This document shows, one piece after another, positions 1-10,762 of a stretch of DNA of 33,238 nt. Location: NCBI GenBank assembly GCA_963578655.1, contig CAUZEB010000003.1:1-33238 (forward strand), given 5' to 3'. The first letter of the stretch is position 1. Each line of letters opens with the position of its first letter. The notes under the pieces were generated by a model, which was not told the origin of the DNA, ran no database searches, and worked only from the letters and a program-made list of their open reading frames with translations. The position numbers and the translations under genes are program-made. Source of the stretch: Dehalococcoidia bacterium (GTDB lineage Bacteria; Chloroflexota; Dehalococcoidia; Lucifugimonadales; CAUZEB01).

Positions 1-1166
1 GTCTTATGCAAAGCATCTTGCAATTTGCCTTTATTGACTCCATACGGTAGTACAGCAATCATCCTTTCAGCAACGCCTAATACACCATCATTTCTAGATT
101 CGACCGTGAGTGATCTATTTTTCACTGGTACGTCTAGAGTTTCAACAGATCTGTTGTTCCTGCCAGGTACGACCGTTCTTTCTATTTCGCCGTCATCATT
201 GATAATTCGGGTCTGAGGCGTGGAAGAAACTCCCCGCAATACTCTATCCACTACGTCGGCAACATCGGGATGAACTATTACTTTCGACCAACTTTGAATT
301 TCTACCAGAGTATCAAATGTCGGAGGAGCTCTTCTCTCCAAAACGCTCTTTTGAGTGCGTCGTCGACTGGCTTCGATATCGCCCAAGGTCACAGATTGAA
401 TCCCTCCTATTAAATCCGACAAGGTTGGGTTCATTATTAAGTTTTGAAGGGTATTACCATGTGCTGTTGCGACTAATTGCACACCACGTTCAGCTATAGT
501 TCTAGATGCGTCTGCATCCAACTCTGTCCCTATTTCATCAATGATAATAACTTCAGGCATGTGATTTTCTACCGCCTCTATCATCACTGAATGTTGATAC
601 TGCGGAGATTTGACCTGCATACGTCTCGCACGACCTATACCTGGATGGGGAACGTCGCCATCTCCAGCTATTTCATTTGACGTATCTACAATCATCACGC
701 GTTTATTCGCGTCATCTGCTAGGACACGGGCGACTTCCCGTAACATAGTAGTTTTCCCAACACCAGGCTTCCCCAATAATAATATACTTTTCCCAGACGC
801 TATAAGATCTTCAATAATTCTTACAGTTCCATACACGGCCCTACCAATTCGTAGTGTCAATCCGATAACGCGTCCGTTACGGTTGCGTATAGCAGAAATA
901 CGATGAAGGGTCCTTTCAATACCTGCCCTATTGTCTTCACCAAAGTCACCCACACGATCCATCACGTGTTGTATTTCTTCACTCGTGACCTCATTCGCAC
1001 TGAGTATAACAGTCTTATCTGAGAACCGAGCCTCAGGGAGCCTACCTAAGTCAAGGATGACTTCCAGTAGATCGCCTATATCTTCTCTGTTCCTAATCAC
1101 TCCCTGTATGTTAAGAGGTAGTTTGACAAGCAAAGCCTCTAAATCAATATCAATTCTGTCTTGCAA
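1..1166 (-). CDS. Ycf45/SpoIIIAA-like AAA+ ATPase (often R3H-fused); 3' end runs off the window
   Basis: Absent from the ORF track because no stop falls in the window. Manual minus-strand translation from TTG at 1166 (AGAAGGAG upstream) gives MQDRIDIDLEALL..DLLEVILDLGRLPEARF, Walker A LLGKPGVGKTT, VDTSNEIAGDGDVPHPGIG, EAVENHMPEVIIIDEIG and VATAHG. Confidence 0.88.
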   Translation of the reverse strand, partial: MQDRIDIDLEALLVKLPLNIQGVIRNREDIGDLLEVILDLGRLPEARFSDKTVILSANEVTSEEIQHVMDRVGDFGEDNRAGIERTLHRISAIRNRNGRVIGLTLRIGRAVYGTVRIIEDLIASGKSILLLGKPGVGKTTMLREVARVLADDANKRVMIVDTSNEIAGDGDVPHPGIGRARRMQVKSPQYQHSVMIEAVENHMPEVIIIDEIGTELDADASRTIAERGVQLVATAHGNTLQNLIMNPTLSDLIGGIQSVTLGDIEASRRRTQKSVLERRAPPTFDTLVEIQSWSKVIVHPDVADVVDRVLRGVSSTPQTRIINDDGEIERTVVPGRNNRSVETLDVPVKNRSLTVESRNDGVLGVAERMIAVLPYGVNKGKLQDALHK

Positions 1167-1476
1167 TTTTACGTTACGGTCTCCTTCTGTACCAATTATC
1201 TCTGTGCATAGACAATACGACCCGGTTGATTTGATTGGCGTATTATTTATGTGTCCAATTCCTCGTAGATATTCACAGACGCCGCATTCAATGATGAACT
1301 AAACCAAGATGACACTAAGCCTCACTTGCCTCGAATCATGCATCCCAGCAAAGTTTCCGAATTCACAATACTGATATGTGATAGGAGAAGCTGAAACTGC
1401 AGCTACCAGTGCGCAACGCCACGATACAGAATAAATCAATGCAGGTCACAAGTATATTTTAAAGCCGAACCCTGGT

Positions 1477-1500
1477 AAGAAACAAGCAAGAACTTCTTGC
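1477..1500 (-). terminator. possible intrinsic terminator downstream of pdxT
   Basis: Minus strand reads GCAAGA-AGT-TCTTGC followed by TTGTTTCTT, about 60 nt after the pdxT stop. The stem is short. Confidence 0.3.
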
Positions 1501-1562
1501 AAGAGTTCTACACGTATTACTTGACAAATCTTCCGAATCTAGACCCACTAACAGAGGAGTGA

Positions 1563-2153
1563 TTAACGATAACTAGTGTTTTCAACCATCTTAAGAAAGA
1601 ATTCGTGGATTCTGGTATCTTGCGTTAATTCTGGATGAAAGGACGTCGCGAGTAAAGCATTTTGCCTTACAGCAACAGGACGACCGTCATCCAATTCAGC
1701 CAATATTTCAACACCACTACCCACTCTATCAACAACAGGTGCCCTTATAAATACAGCAACGTAAGGATCATCACCCTTTATTCCTTCAATATCAAGTCCA
1801 GCTTCGAAACTGTCAACTTGCCTACCAAAAGCGTTACGACTAACGTCTATATCCATTAACTGAAGAGGCTCTGGCCGGTGATCTGATAAGCTCTTCGCTA
1901 AGACAATCATACCGGCACACGTACCCCACATAGGCAACCCATCCTTAGCTTTTTCAGCCAACGGAGTTCTGAAATCGTAGATGTCTATCAATTGAACTAT
2001 AGTAGTACTTTCGCCTCCTGGTATTATGAGGCCATCTATACTGTTCAATTGCCATGGAAGACGAATTTCCGGAGAATCAACGCCTATATCTCCAAGCATC
2101 CTACGATGTTCCAAAAAGTCGCCCTGAATGGCTAGAACACCAATCGAAGTCAC
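1563..2153 (-). CDS. pdxT: pyridoxal 5'-phosphate synthase glutaminase subunit PdxT
   Basis: Motifs GVLAIQGDF, IPGGESTT, WGTCAG (catalytic Cys), RNAFGRQVDSFE and FHPEL; adjacent to pdxS. Confidence 0.97.
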   Translation of the reverse strand: MTSIGVLAIQGDFLEHRRMLGDIGVDSPEIRLPWQLNSIDGLIIPGGESTTIVQLIDIYDFRTPLAEKAKDGLPMWGTCAGMIVLAKSLSDHRPEPLQLMDIDVSRNAFGRQVDSFEAGLDIEGIKGDDPYVAVFIRAPVVDRVGSGVEILAELDDGRPVAVRQNALLATSFHPELTQDTRIHEFFLKMVENTSYR

Positions 2154-2154
2154 C

Positions 2155-3054
2155 TTACCAACCTCTAACAGCTAATTTTTCTGATTCGGGCATAGTCCTC
2201 ACATCCAGGCCAGGCATAGCATCGCCAAGTCCTCTAGATACATCCGCGATAATATGAGGATCATTGTAGTGTGTAGTTGTTTTCACAATAGCCTGTGCCA
2301 TGATGTCAGGCCTTTGTGACTTAAATATACCAGACCCGACGAATACACCATCAACCCCTAGTTGCATCATCAAAGCAGCATCTGCAGGAGAGGCAATCCC
2401 ACCAGCTGCGAAATTAACGACAGGAAGCTTGCCCAACTCCTTTACTTCTTTAACTAGGTTATACGGAGCTCTTAGGTCTCTAGCAGTTGACATCAATTCA
2501 TCGTCTGACATATTCTGTATCCGGCGAATTTCCCCCATTACGGTTCTTGCATGCCGAACGGCTTCGACTATATTTCCAGTACCAGCTTCACCTTTGGTTC
2601 TAATCATAGCTGATCCTTCACCTATACGACGTAAGGCTTCCCCCAAATCACGACAGCCACATACAAATGGAACCTTAAAGTCATGTTTGTTAATATGATT
2701 ATTCTCATCTGCTGGAGTAAGCACTTCTGACTCATCAATATAGTCTACGCCTAAAGCCTCTAGAACCTGGGCCTCGACAAAATGTCCTATACGAGCCTTC
2801 GCCATTACCGGTATGGTTACCGCTTTTATTATTGCTGCGATCATAGTTGGGTCGGACATACGTGCCACTCCCCCATCTTTACGTATATCAGAAGGTACAC
2901 GTTCGAGCGCCATAACAGCACAAGCACCAGCATCTTCAGCTATTTTGGCTTGTTCGGCGGTAACAACATCCATTATAACGCCGCCCTTGAGCATTTGAGC
3001 TAATCCAGTTTTTACTCTCCATGTACCTGTCTCTGTCTTCGTATCTACAACCAT
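2155..3054 (-). CDS. pdxS: pyridoxal 5'-phosphate synthase lyase subunit PdxS
   Basis: Motifs [46 protein letters not shown] and C-terminal RGW; GGAGG RBS. Confidence 0.98.
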   Translation of the reverse strand: MVVDTKTETGTWRVKTGLAQMLKGGVIMDVVTAEQAKIAEDAGACAVMALERVPSDIRKDGGVARMSDPTMIAAIIKAVTIPVMAKARIGHFVEAQVLEALGVDYIDESEVLTPADENNHINKHDFKVPFVCGCRDLGEALRRIGEGSAMIRTKGEAGTGNIVEAVRHARTVMGEIRRIQNMSDDELMSTARDLRAPYNLVKEVKELGKLPVVNFAAGGIASPADAALMMQLGVDGVFVGSGIFKSQRPDIMAQAIVKTTTHYNDPHIIADVSRGLGDAMPGLDVRTMPESEKLAVRGW

Positions 3055-3129
3055 ATAACGCCTCCATTACCTTATTGTATTTTTTGCATTACTATCTTAA
3101 AGATAAGTAGTTAAACTACTATAAAATAC

Positions 3130-3178
3130 AAATGGTATAATGCAAGTACCACTTCTATGCATTTTAAAGGTACCACTT
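3130..3178. promoter_or_regulatory. putative PdxR operator (two direct repeats plus one inverted) overlapping an extended -10 for pdxR
   Basis: GTACCACTT at 3146-3154 and 3170-3178; inverted copy AAATGGTAT at 3130-3138 (7/9 match to AAGTGGTAC); perfect TG-n-TATAAT at 3133-3141. Confidence 0.65.
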
Positions 3179-3190
3179 AGAGGGATATTA

Positions 3191-4681
3191 ATGACCATGA
3201 AATCGAATACTATTTCTGTATTAAGTTTAAAACTACATCCTTCTGATTCTATCCCACTATATAGGCAACTCTACGAACAGCTTCGTAATATTATTCTTGA
3301 AGGCCAACTGCCACCCGGTACGAAGCTTCCCTCCACAAGAGCATTGTCAGATGAACTATCTATAGCACGAAATACCGTACTGAACGCATATGACCAACTT
3401 CTTGCTGAAGGGTACTTAAAAGGAAGAGTTGGTTCAGGAACATACGTAGCCTCTGAACTTCCAGACGCGTTACTTCAAGTCAGAGCAAATTCTAACCTTC
3501 CAGGGATTTTAAATAGGACCCCCAGAACTCTGTCAAGACAAGGTGATTTGGTATCTAGATCCTCAGTTAGCGAGCCGCACGACTTCGCTGTGCCTAAGGC
3601 GTTCCGCCCTGGACTTATGGCAATGAATGTATTCCCCTTCAAACTATGGGCACGTCTATGGGGACGCCAATGGAGAAGAAGGTCATTGGATTTGCTTGGC
3701 TACGGCGATCCTACAGGGTATAAGCCTCTTAGATTGATAACTGCTGAATATCTGAATGCAGCCAGGGGCATACGCTGTGATGCTGATCAAATCATTATCG
3801 TCGCTGGTTCACAGCAAGCATTGAGCATTGCAACGAGAGTGCTTTTAAACGAGGATGACGTGGTGTGGATGGAAGATCCAGGATATCCAGGAGCCTATGC
3901 AGCATTTAGAGGTGCTGGCGCACGAGTAATACCCGTACAGGTAGACCCGCAAGGCTTGAACATAGCCCACGGTGTCTCACTGGCTGATAATGCTAGACTC
4001 ATTTATGCTACACCCTCTCACCAATACCCGTTAGGTGTGACTATGACCCTCTCACGTCGACTTGAATTGTTAGATTGGTCTAGAAGATCTGATGCATGGA
4101 TATTAGAAGATGATTATGACAGCGAATTCCGTTACACAGGCATGCCTTTAGCAGCGTTGAAGGGACTAGACACGGAGGGGCGCGTGATTTACATCGGATC
4201 TTTCAGTAAAATGCTATTCCCCTCACTAAGACTGGGTTATATGGTGGTTCCTCCAGACCTAGTTGACACATTTGCGGCTACCCGAGCCTTAATAGACAGA
4301 GGCTCACCATCTCTTGACCAAGCCGTTTTAGCCGAATTTATATCGGAGGGTCATTTCGCTCGTTACGTCCGTCGAGCCCGTATGCTGTACGCCGAAAGAC
4401 AGGAAACCTTAGTTGAAGCCTCAGCTGAGAGACTAGGCGGCCTACTAGAAGTGCCTTCGTCTGATTCAGGCATGCATCTAGTAGGATGGCTACCAAAAGG
4501 ACTCGATGATTTAGTCGCCTATAAAAAAGCAGCACAGCACAATGTAGAAGCTCCCCCGTTATCAATTTACTATACAAAAACTCCAGACAGAGGAGGGCTA
4601 CTACTTGGATATACAGGGGTAAATACCTGTGAAATAAGGAATGGTGTTAACAGATTGGCTCTTGCACTTGAAAGTCCTTAG
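3191..4681 (+). CDS. pdxR: MocR/GabR-family (GntR HTH plus PLP aminotransferase fold) regulator, probable PdxR
   Basis: GntR HTH (PLYRQLY..GTKLPSTRALSDELSIARNTV..YDQL), then TPSHQYPLG, EDDYDSEFRY and GSFSK (PLP Lys). Divergent from pdxST. Start moved from 3140 to the ATG at 3191 because 3140 lies inside the promoter/operator. Confidence 0.9.
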   Translation: MTMKSNTISVLSLKLHPSDSIPLYRQLYEQLRNIILEGQLPPGTKLPSTRALSDELSIARNTVLNAYDQLLAEGYLKGRVGSGTYVASELPDALLQVRANSNLPGILNRTPRTLSRQGDLVSRSSVSEPHDFAVPKAFRPGLMAMNVFPFKLWARLWGRQWRRRSLDLLGYGDPTGYKPLRLITAEYLNAARGIRCDADQIIIVAGSQQALSIATRVLLNEDDVVWMEDPGYPGAYAAFRGAGARVIPVQVDPQGLNIAHGVSLADNARLIYATPSHQYPLGVTMTLSRRLELLDWSRRSDAWILEDDYDSEFRYTGMPLAALKGLDTEGRVIYIGSFSKMLFPSLRLGYMVVPPDLVDTFAATRALIDRGSPSLDQAVLAEFISEGHFARYVRRARMLYAERQETLVEASAERLGGLLEVPSSDSGMHLVGWLPKGLDDLVAYKKAAQHNVEAPPLSIYYTKTPDRGGLLLGYTGVNTCEIRNGVNRLALALESP

Positions 4682-5898
4682 GGATGCTTCGGATTCAAGG
4701 CTTTCGTGTGATCCAAACTGACTGGCGTATTAAGCTCAAACGGGCTTGAAAGGCCTAACTCTTTACCAATTTCACGCAACGCCGGAGCTACCTCTTCACC
4801 CAGCAATCTGATGCAGGTCATCGAATCCTCATGGTTAACCCTACCATGATTCGCATATAACGATAATATGGACGGACGCGTTTCTTCAAGCAGCACCTTG
4901 AGCTGTTTAATCACTTGATCAGGAGTCCCAGCAATAATACTTCCTGATGCCAACTCACTTTGATAAGTATCGTCTCTTTGCTGTGCCATGTCCCTACGTA
5001 ATTTTAGACGAGCTGCAGTAGAGCTATAGCCCGGCGGACTTATCCATTCAGGTTGACTAGCACCCATTCGCTCGCCACGCTGCATCCAGCGAAATTCTTC
5101 CCCACCCTTCAAGGCTTTCTCTTCTGTCTCAGCGACATGGCATCGAATCAAATATCCTCTTTGTTCCGGACCTGATTTGTAACCCATCCGACTAGCCGTC
5201 TCGTCATAAAGTTTCCAAATCGCTTTCGTGCTTTCTACAGTCGTATTGAGTGCCACATATGGGTAGCGATGTTCGGCAGCCCATACAATTGTCTCTAGAC
5301 TAGCCATTCCCGGAATCCATATCCTTGGATGGGGTTGCTGCAAGGGTAACGCCCACGGATTAACGACCCTAAGCTGATAATGATTTCCCTCCCACCTAAA
5401 AGGTCCTGGCTCAGACCAAATTTTCATAATGATATCATGTGATTCCTTGAATCGTTCTCTATTATATGCAGGATTGACATTGTTAGCGTATTGCTCTTGC
5501 CCTGCACCTCTAACAAATCCAGAGACGATACGTCCTCTGGATAACATGTCCAGCATAGCGATTTCCTCTGCTATCTGAATTGGATTATCTGTCACAGGTA
5601 AAGGATATCCGAGCAGCACTATCTTAATCTTCTCAGTCATACCGGCTAATACTGATGCGAATATATGAATCTTGGCTTGCATGCAGAGAGGTGTGTTATG
5701 GTGTTCATTAAGCATAATACCATCAAAGCCCACCTCCTCTGCATAAAGATATTCCTCAAGCCGCTCATTATACAACCTACTCCCCTCAATAGGATCAAAA
5801 AACTTATTGGAAAAAACGAGATTATTACGTCCGGCCTTTATTGCTTCCGTTTCAGGATATGTCGACATCGGTTGTTCGGTAAAGTACATCAGGAACAT
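4678..5898 (-). CDS. LLM (luciferase-like) class flavin-dependent oxidoreductase
   Basis: Motifs GFDGIMLNEHH, AEEIAMLDMLSRGR..GFVRG, PLQQPHPRIWIPG and IAGTPDQV. Confidence 0.92.
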   Translation of the reverse strand: MFLMYFTEQPMSTYPETEAIKAGRNNLVFSNKFFDPIEGSRLYNERLEEYLYAEEVGFDGIMLNEHHNTPLCMQAKIHIFASVLAGMTEKIKIVLLGYPLPVTDNPIQIAEEIAMLDMLSRGRIVSGFVRGAGQEQYANNVNPAYNRERFKESHDIIMKIWSEPGPFRWEGNHYQLRVVNPWALPLQQPHPRIWIPGMASLETIVWAAEHRYPYVALNTTVESTKAIWKLYDETASRMGYKSGPEQRGYLIRCHVAETEEKALKGGEEFRWMQRGERMGASQPEWISPPGYSSTAARLKLRRDMAQQRDDTYQSELASGSIIAGTPDQVIKQLKVLLEETRPSILSLYANHGRVNHEDSMTCIRLLGEEVAPALREIGKELGLSSPFELNTPVSLDHTKALNPKHP

Positions 5899-6440
5899 TT
5901 TACTTACCTTCCATATTCAGCTAAATGAACAAATAATTACAATCAACTAAACACGCAAACATTTTATTATCTCTGATTAGATAGACTGCTATGATATTCA
6001 TTCCACACTACCTGCAAACGAACTATATGGACTGCACGTCTACCTACTGCTCTTTCTTCAATCATTCGCTTAAAGAACGGACATCCGAACAAATTGCAAA
6101 GCACAAGTCAACTATCCGGGTCAAAGATCTCTGAGCACCGCTCTAAAGACTCACACTGAATAACTTTTAAAGGTTAGTCGCCTGTGCAAGGAAAATCAAA
6201 GTGAGGCGTTGTTTGGGCACAGGGATGCTAACACACACGCACGAATTTCTCAACGATTAACTGATACTCACATTCAAGTTTTTTATGATAAATTCTACAC
6301 GGACTCACTAACTTTTGACCACTGACACATAACCATTAAATTTACCATAAATGGCTGATTTAGTTTCGAATCTGGATTATAGCGTACGAGACAGATTATA
6401 GTGACGGTAAAATTCATACGATTACAAGATCACGATTAGT

Positions 6441-7280
6441 CTAAAGAGGCATAAACCAGTCAATGAATTCAGATGCAACACCCTCTTCACCTTCAAAGGT
6501 TATATAACCTCTTCGTACTGACCGCATAAAAGGCAAACGAGACGTAAGGAAAAGTATGTAATCATTCGTACTAACATGAAAGGTCACTGTGGCTTTATTA
6601 TCTGTACGAGAAATGATATTGAATCCCTCACCGTTGATAACAATATCATAGCAATCCTCTGGTGAATCAGTCAGATCGAATCTGTATATTATTGGTACTA
6701 CAAGCGGTGTAGATCCTCTAAACATCATGTTTAGCCACAATTTCATGGTTCTCTTAAGAAATGATTTCGCCTGTTTTGTCAGTTGCGCTTGTCTGTTAAA
6801 ACCATACGTGATATCCCACCCATGTAACGCCAATTCCAGAATGCGATGTTCGATAAGGCGGGAGATCGGCATAACTGAACGCGTATGCCAAACGGGATCG
6901 ACATATGACTCTGGATTAAGCGATGATATTAAAGTGTTTAGTCTCCGACATGAGGTATTAAATTCAGGGAAAACGTCTTCATGATATGCGATCCTAATTG
7001 AAGTGACCCGCTCGAGATATTCTTCGCCTTTTAGATGGTGATAACCCATAGGAGGTGAGGTTTGGCCCTTAAGAGCTCTTTCAATGCTTTGATAGTTAGC
7101 TTGCGATTCTAATATTAAGTGACTTACTACATCCGCTATTTTCCATAGTTCGCATGCACTACCATAACTACTGGCATTCCGCCACACCTCATCAGGCAAA
7201 GAATACAGATAACCAGCTAAATCATTGGACAAGCTTCTTACAAGCTGAATATTGGATTGTATTCCCGCTAAGTTAGTCAT
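6441..7280 (-). CDS. DinB-superfamily maleylpyruvate isomerase (MDMPI)-like protein with a C-terminal SCP2-like domain
   Basis: SACELWKIADVVSHL and ELALHGWDI metal-binding motifs; the C-terminus resembles SCP2 (YRFDLT..ATVTF..FLTSR..ITFEGE). Confidence 0.78.
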   Translation of the reverse strand: MTNLAGIQSNIQLVRSLSNDLAGYLYSLPDEVWRNASSYGSACELWKIADVVSHLILESQANYQSIERALKGQTSPPMGYHHLKGEEYLERVTSIRIAYHEDVFPEFNTSCRRLNTLISSLNPESYVDPVWHTRSVMPISRLIEHRILELALHGWDITYGFNRQAQLTKQAKSFLKRTMKLWLNMMFRGSTPLVVPIIYRFDLTDSPEDCYDIVINGEGFNIISRTDNKATVTFHVSTNDYILFLTSRLPFMRSVRRGYITFEGEEGVASEFIDWFMPL

Positions 7281-7375
7281 GTTTCAACTCTATTTTGACA
7301 GAGACACTCTCATAACTCATGATCCTTACACATTGCTATAACCTTTCAGGTGCACCGAATAAACTTATGTTGTAT

Positions 7376-8389
7376 TCAAAGCCCTTGATCAAAGAGAAAG
7401 GCCACGAGATCTGCGGTCCTGCAACTATACCCCCATTCATTATCGTACCAACCTACGACTTTTATCATGTTACCACCCATTGACATGGTGGATAAGCCGT
7501 CAATGATGCTACTATGAGGGTTCTGTTTATAATCGCTACTTACAAGAGGTTCTGTTGAATAATCTAAAATGCCTTTCAGGTAATCTGTAGACGCTCTCAA
7601 ATATGAGGAGTTGATATCTTCTACAGAAGCATTTTTACGTAAAATGGCTACAAAATCAGTTACAGAAACTGTAGACGTTGGTACTCTCAATGCCATTCCG
7701 TGAATCTTTCCATTTAATTCTGGCAAGACTAAACCCACGGCTTTGGCAGCACCTGTTGTTGTTGGAATAATATTCATAGCCGCGGCTCTGGCTCGTCGTA
7801 AATCAGAATGGCCCTGGTCTAAAATGTTTTGGTCATTTGTATAGGCATGGATGGTACTCATTAATCCACGTTCCACGCCAAATTCGTCATGAATAACTTT
7901 GACCATAGTAGCAAGACAATTTGTTGTACACGAGGCATTCGAAATAACGTTGTGCTTACCTGCATCATAATTATGTTCGTTTACACCAAGTACAATTGTT
8001 ATATCTTCCCCCTTTGCCGGGGCTGATATAATTACCTTCTTAGCACCACCACTCAGATGACCGGACGCTCGATCCGCGTCTGTGAAAAATCCCGTGGACT
8101 CTATCACTATATCAGCACCATGGTCACCCCATGGTAAGTTGGCGGGATCCCTATCCGACAAAACTTTTATACTGTTGCCATCTATAACAATGCGATTATC
8201 CTCTGCTTCAACTTTACCTGGATAGACCCCGTAATTAGTATCATATTTAAACATGTGGGCATTTGTCGATGTGTCAGTCAGATCATTTACAGCCACGACT
8301 TTCAATTTATTCGGATACCGCTCCATAATCGCTCGCAATACTTGGCGACCTATTCTTCCAAATCCGTTTATGCCTACGCCAGCTACCAT
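7376..8389 (-). CDS. gap: type I glyceraldehyde-3-phosphate dehydrogenase
   Basis: Motifs [33 protein letters not shown] and WYDNEWGYS. Confidence 0.98.
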   Translation of the reverse strand: MVAGVGINGFGRIGRQVLRAIMERYPNKLKVVAVNDLTDTSTNAHMFKYDTNYGVYPGKVEAEDNRIVIDGNSIKVLSDRDPANLPWGDHGADIVIESTGFFTDADRASGHLSGGAKKVIISAPAKGEDITIVLGVNEHNYDAGKHNVISNASCTTNCLATMVKVIHDEFGVERGLMSTIHAYTNDQNILDQGHSDLRRARAAAMNIIPTTTGAAKAVGLVLPELNGKIHGMALRVPTSTVSVTDFVAILRKNASVEDINSSYLRASTDYLKGILDYSTEPLVSSDYKQNPHSSIIDGLSTMSMGGNMIKVVGWYDNEWGYSCRTADLVAFLFDQGL

Positions 8390-8692
8390 CTTTACCTCTC
8401 CTTATAAGCCAAATCCTACTTCATATTTAGAGAATCAAATACATTCTATTTCTTTAGCGAACGAGTATGTACTCAAACCTCAGATAAATCATCGGTTTTC
8501 TATAGAGAACAAAAGAACCAAGTACTTAAATATCAATCTATTTTATACTGTGCTTCCACGTAGTCTCAAGTGACCACATGATTATGCCAATATGAATCCC
8601 ATCTCAACATCCATGACTGTTGGATTCTATTGGATTTCAATTAAAATGTGATTGGGTTTATCTGATGCAACTAACCACGTTAGAGAACTACA

Positions 8693-9985
8693 TTAAGAAT
8701 TATATTTATCGTAAATTTCCCGACCAGCAAATTCAGCCTTATATCCTAATTCGTGCTCTATCCTAAGCAATCGATTATACTTCGATGTACGTTCGCTACG
8801 AGCAGGTGCACCCGCTTTGATTTGTCCTGCATTGGTGCCAACTGCAAGGTCAGCAATTATAGTATCTTCGGTTTCACCAGACCGATGACTTATAATGACA
8901 CCCCAATCTGATGCTTTAGCTAATTTTATCGCTTCCAAGGTCTCTGTAATCGTGCCAATCTGATTCGGTTTTATCAAAACGGCATTGCTTGCATCCAAAT
9001 CAATTCCTTTTTGTATTAATGTTGTATTAGTAGTCAGCAAATCGTCCCCAACCAGTTGTACTCTTCGGCCTATTCTTTCTGTCAAAGACTTCCAGTTATC
9101 CCAATCTCCTTCAGCCATACCATCTTCTATACTTATGATAGGATATTTACTCGTCCACGATTCATACCGATCTATGAGTTCTTCTGGTGTATAGACGCTC
9201 TTCTCACTCTCAAGGTCGTAAGTACCATCTTCCATAACGAAAAACTCCGATGCAGCGACATCGAGAGCTATGAAACATTGTTTCCCAGGCACATACCCAG
9301 CTTTATCAATGGCATCTACTATAAGTTCTATAGCCTGTTCATTGGAAGAGAGATCAGGTGCGAAGCCTCCTTCATCACCCACAGAGGTACTTAGTTTCAA
9401 AGACACCAGAAGTTCCTTCAGAGAATGATATATCTCTACACCCGCTCTTAACGAATCCTTAAAATTATCGAAGGCGGCTGGAACGATCATAAATTCTTGG
9501 AAATCAATTGAGTTTGTAGCGTGTCTACCCCCATTTATAATGTTAAGCATTGGGACAGGCAGTACAAATCCGCCTTGATCATGAAATCGTAAGTATAGTG
9601 GTTGACGCTTATGATTTGCCACAGCGTGAGCAAATGCCATGGAAACACCAAGAATGGCATTTGCACCTAATTTATTTTTATTACTGCTGCCATCTAAATC
9701 TATAAGTTTCCTATCTAGCGATTCCTGATCTTTCAGCGAATATCCGACTACTTCTGATGCGATTATTGTATTTACGTTTTCTACAGCCCTGAGAACGCCC
9801 TGTCCTTGAAAACGTTTAGGGTCGCCGTCTCTTAATTCTAATGCTTCACTGGCACCAGTACTAGCCCCGGAAGGAACTAGAGCCGTTCCCTGCACTCCGT
9901 TTGAAAGACTCATGGTTACCTCTAAAGTAGGATTGCCACGGGAATCAAGCGCTTCTGTAGAGAAGAGTTTAGATACGACTTCCAA
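8693..9985 (-). CDS. eno: enolase (phosphopyruvate hydratase)
   Basis: Motifs DSRGNPT, VPSGASTG, GDEGGFAP, LIKPNQIGT and SHRSGETED. The ORF extends to 10009, but TTG at 9985 follows a GGAGGT RBS and is the more plausible start. Confidence 0.97.
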   Translation of the reverse strand: MEVVSKLFSTEALDSRGNPTLEVTMSLSNGVQGTALVPSGASTGASEALELRDGDPKRFQGQGVLRAVENVNTIIASEVVGYSLKDQESLDRKLIDLDGSSNKNKLGANAILGVSMAFAHAVANHKRQPLYLRFHDQGGFVLPVPMLNIINGGRHATNSIDFQEFMIVPAAFDNFKDSLRAGVEIYHSLKELLVSLKLSTSVGDEGGFAPDLSSNEQAIELIVDAIDKAGYVPGKQCFIALDVAASEFFVMEDGTYDLESEKSVYTPEELIDRYESWTSKYPIISIEDGMAEGDWDNWKSLTERIGRRVQLVGDDLLTTNTTLIQKGIDLDASNAVLIKPNQIGTITETLEAIKLAKASDWGVIISHRSGETEDTIIADLAVGTNAGQIKAGAPARSERTSKYNRLLRIEHELGYKAEFAGREIYDKYNS

Positions 9986-10018
9986 TATCAAACCTCCATA
10001 AGGAGACATTATGCTAAT

Positions 10019-10492
10019 TCAATCCCGTTGCCTAGCTGCATTTATCGCTTTATCAACAGCATCAACAGGGCCTGTAGCAACCTGAATAGCCTTCTCTTCC
10101 ACACCACTACGAAACATTTTCCAGGTCTCTAATCCGATCGTTGGAATATTTTCTGCCAACGCATGCCCAATCTCTGAAAGGGTACCAAAAGCGCCACCAA
10201 TAGCTATCACAGATCTTCCAGATTTTACAACTATAACATTACGTGCGTACTTCAATCCTGTACAAATCGGGTAATCTACCCATTGATTAGACTGATTGGG
10301 GTCATCTCCGGGCAATATTCCTATCGTGTTACCTCCCGTAGCTTTCGCTCCTTTACATACCGCCTCCATTACTCCACCCATACCTCCACAAACGATGGTA
10401 ACACCTCTCCTACCTAATTCCCTGCCAACATTCTCCGCGAGCGCATAAATATCAGGTTCAGGATTCCCGCTGCCGATCACCGAGATAATCAA
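10019..10492 (-). CDS. TIGR00725 family (LOG/SLOG-like Rossmann fold) protein
   Basis: Motifs ISVIGSG, VCGGMGGVMEA, TIGILPG, ARNVIVV and GGAFGTLSEIG; GGAGGTG RBS before TTG. Confidence 0.88.
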   Translation of the reverse strand: MIISVIGSGNPEPDIYALAENVGRELGRRGVTIVCGGMGGVMEAVCKGAKATGGNTIGILPGDDPNQSNQWVDYPICTGLKYARNVIVVKSGRSVIAIGGAFGTLSEIGHALAENIPTIGLETWKMFRSGVEEKAIQVATGPVDAVDKAINAARQRD

Positions 10493-10762
10493 TTTTTTTC
10501 CACCTCCACATAAACGACACGACTGGGGGGATTATAACACCATGATGGGAGGTATAAAGAGGTATAAAATGGATTCGAGTTGAACCGATAAAAAATCTGA
10601 GATCTCACGTATTCACGACGACCGGTCTTAAAGTCTAGAGAAAATTCGATTATTAGTAACAGTGTATGATAACGTGTATTCCCCTGGAATGTGTTGTCTT
10701 AACTAACTCTAATCCCGTATTTAACTTCTTATGGATTTATCCTGATGCTGGAGGACTAATAT

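Noticed and set aside
25-1302. Four + strand ORFs (25, 317, 610, 931)
   Set aside because: Antisense shadows of the minus-strand Ycf45/SpoIIIAA-like ATPase that the track missed.
1662-3003. + strand ORFs over pdxT/pdxS
   Set aside because: Antisense shadows with no RBS or recognisable motifs.
10549-10568. Tandem 10-bp repeat GAGGTATAAA x2 followed by a 4-codon ORF (MDSS)
   Set aside because: Only two copies and no spacer, so not CRISPR-like. It may be a local duplication or promoter element, but function is unsupported.
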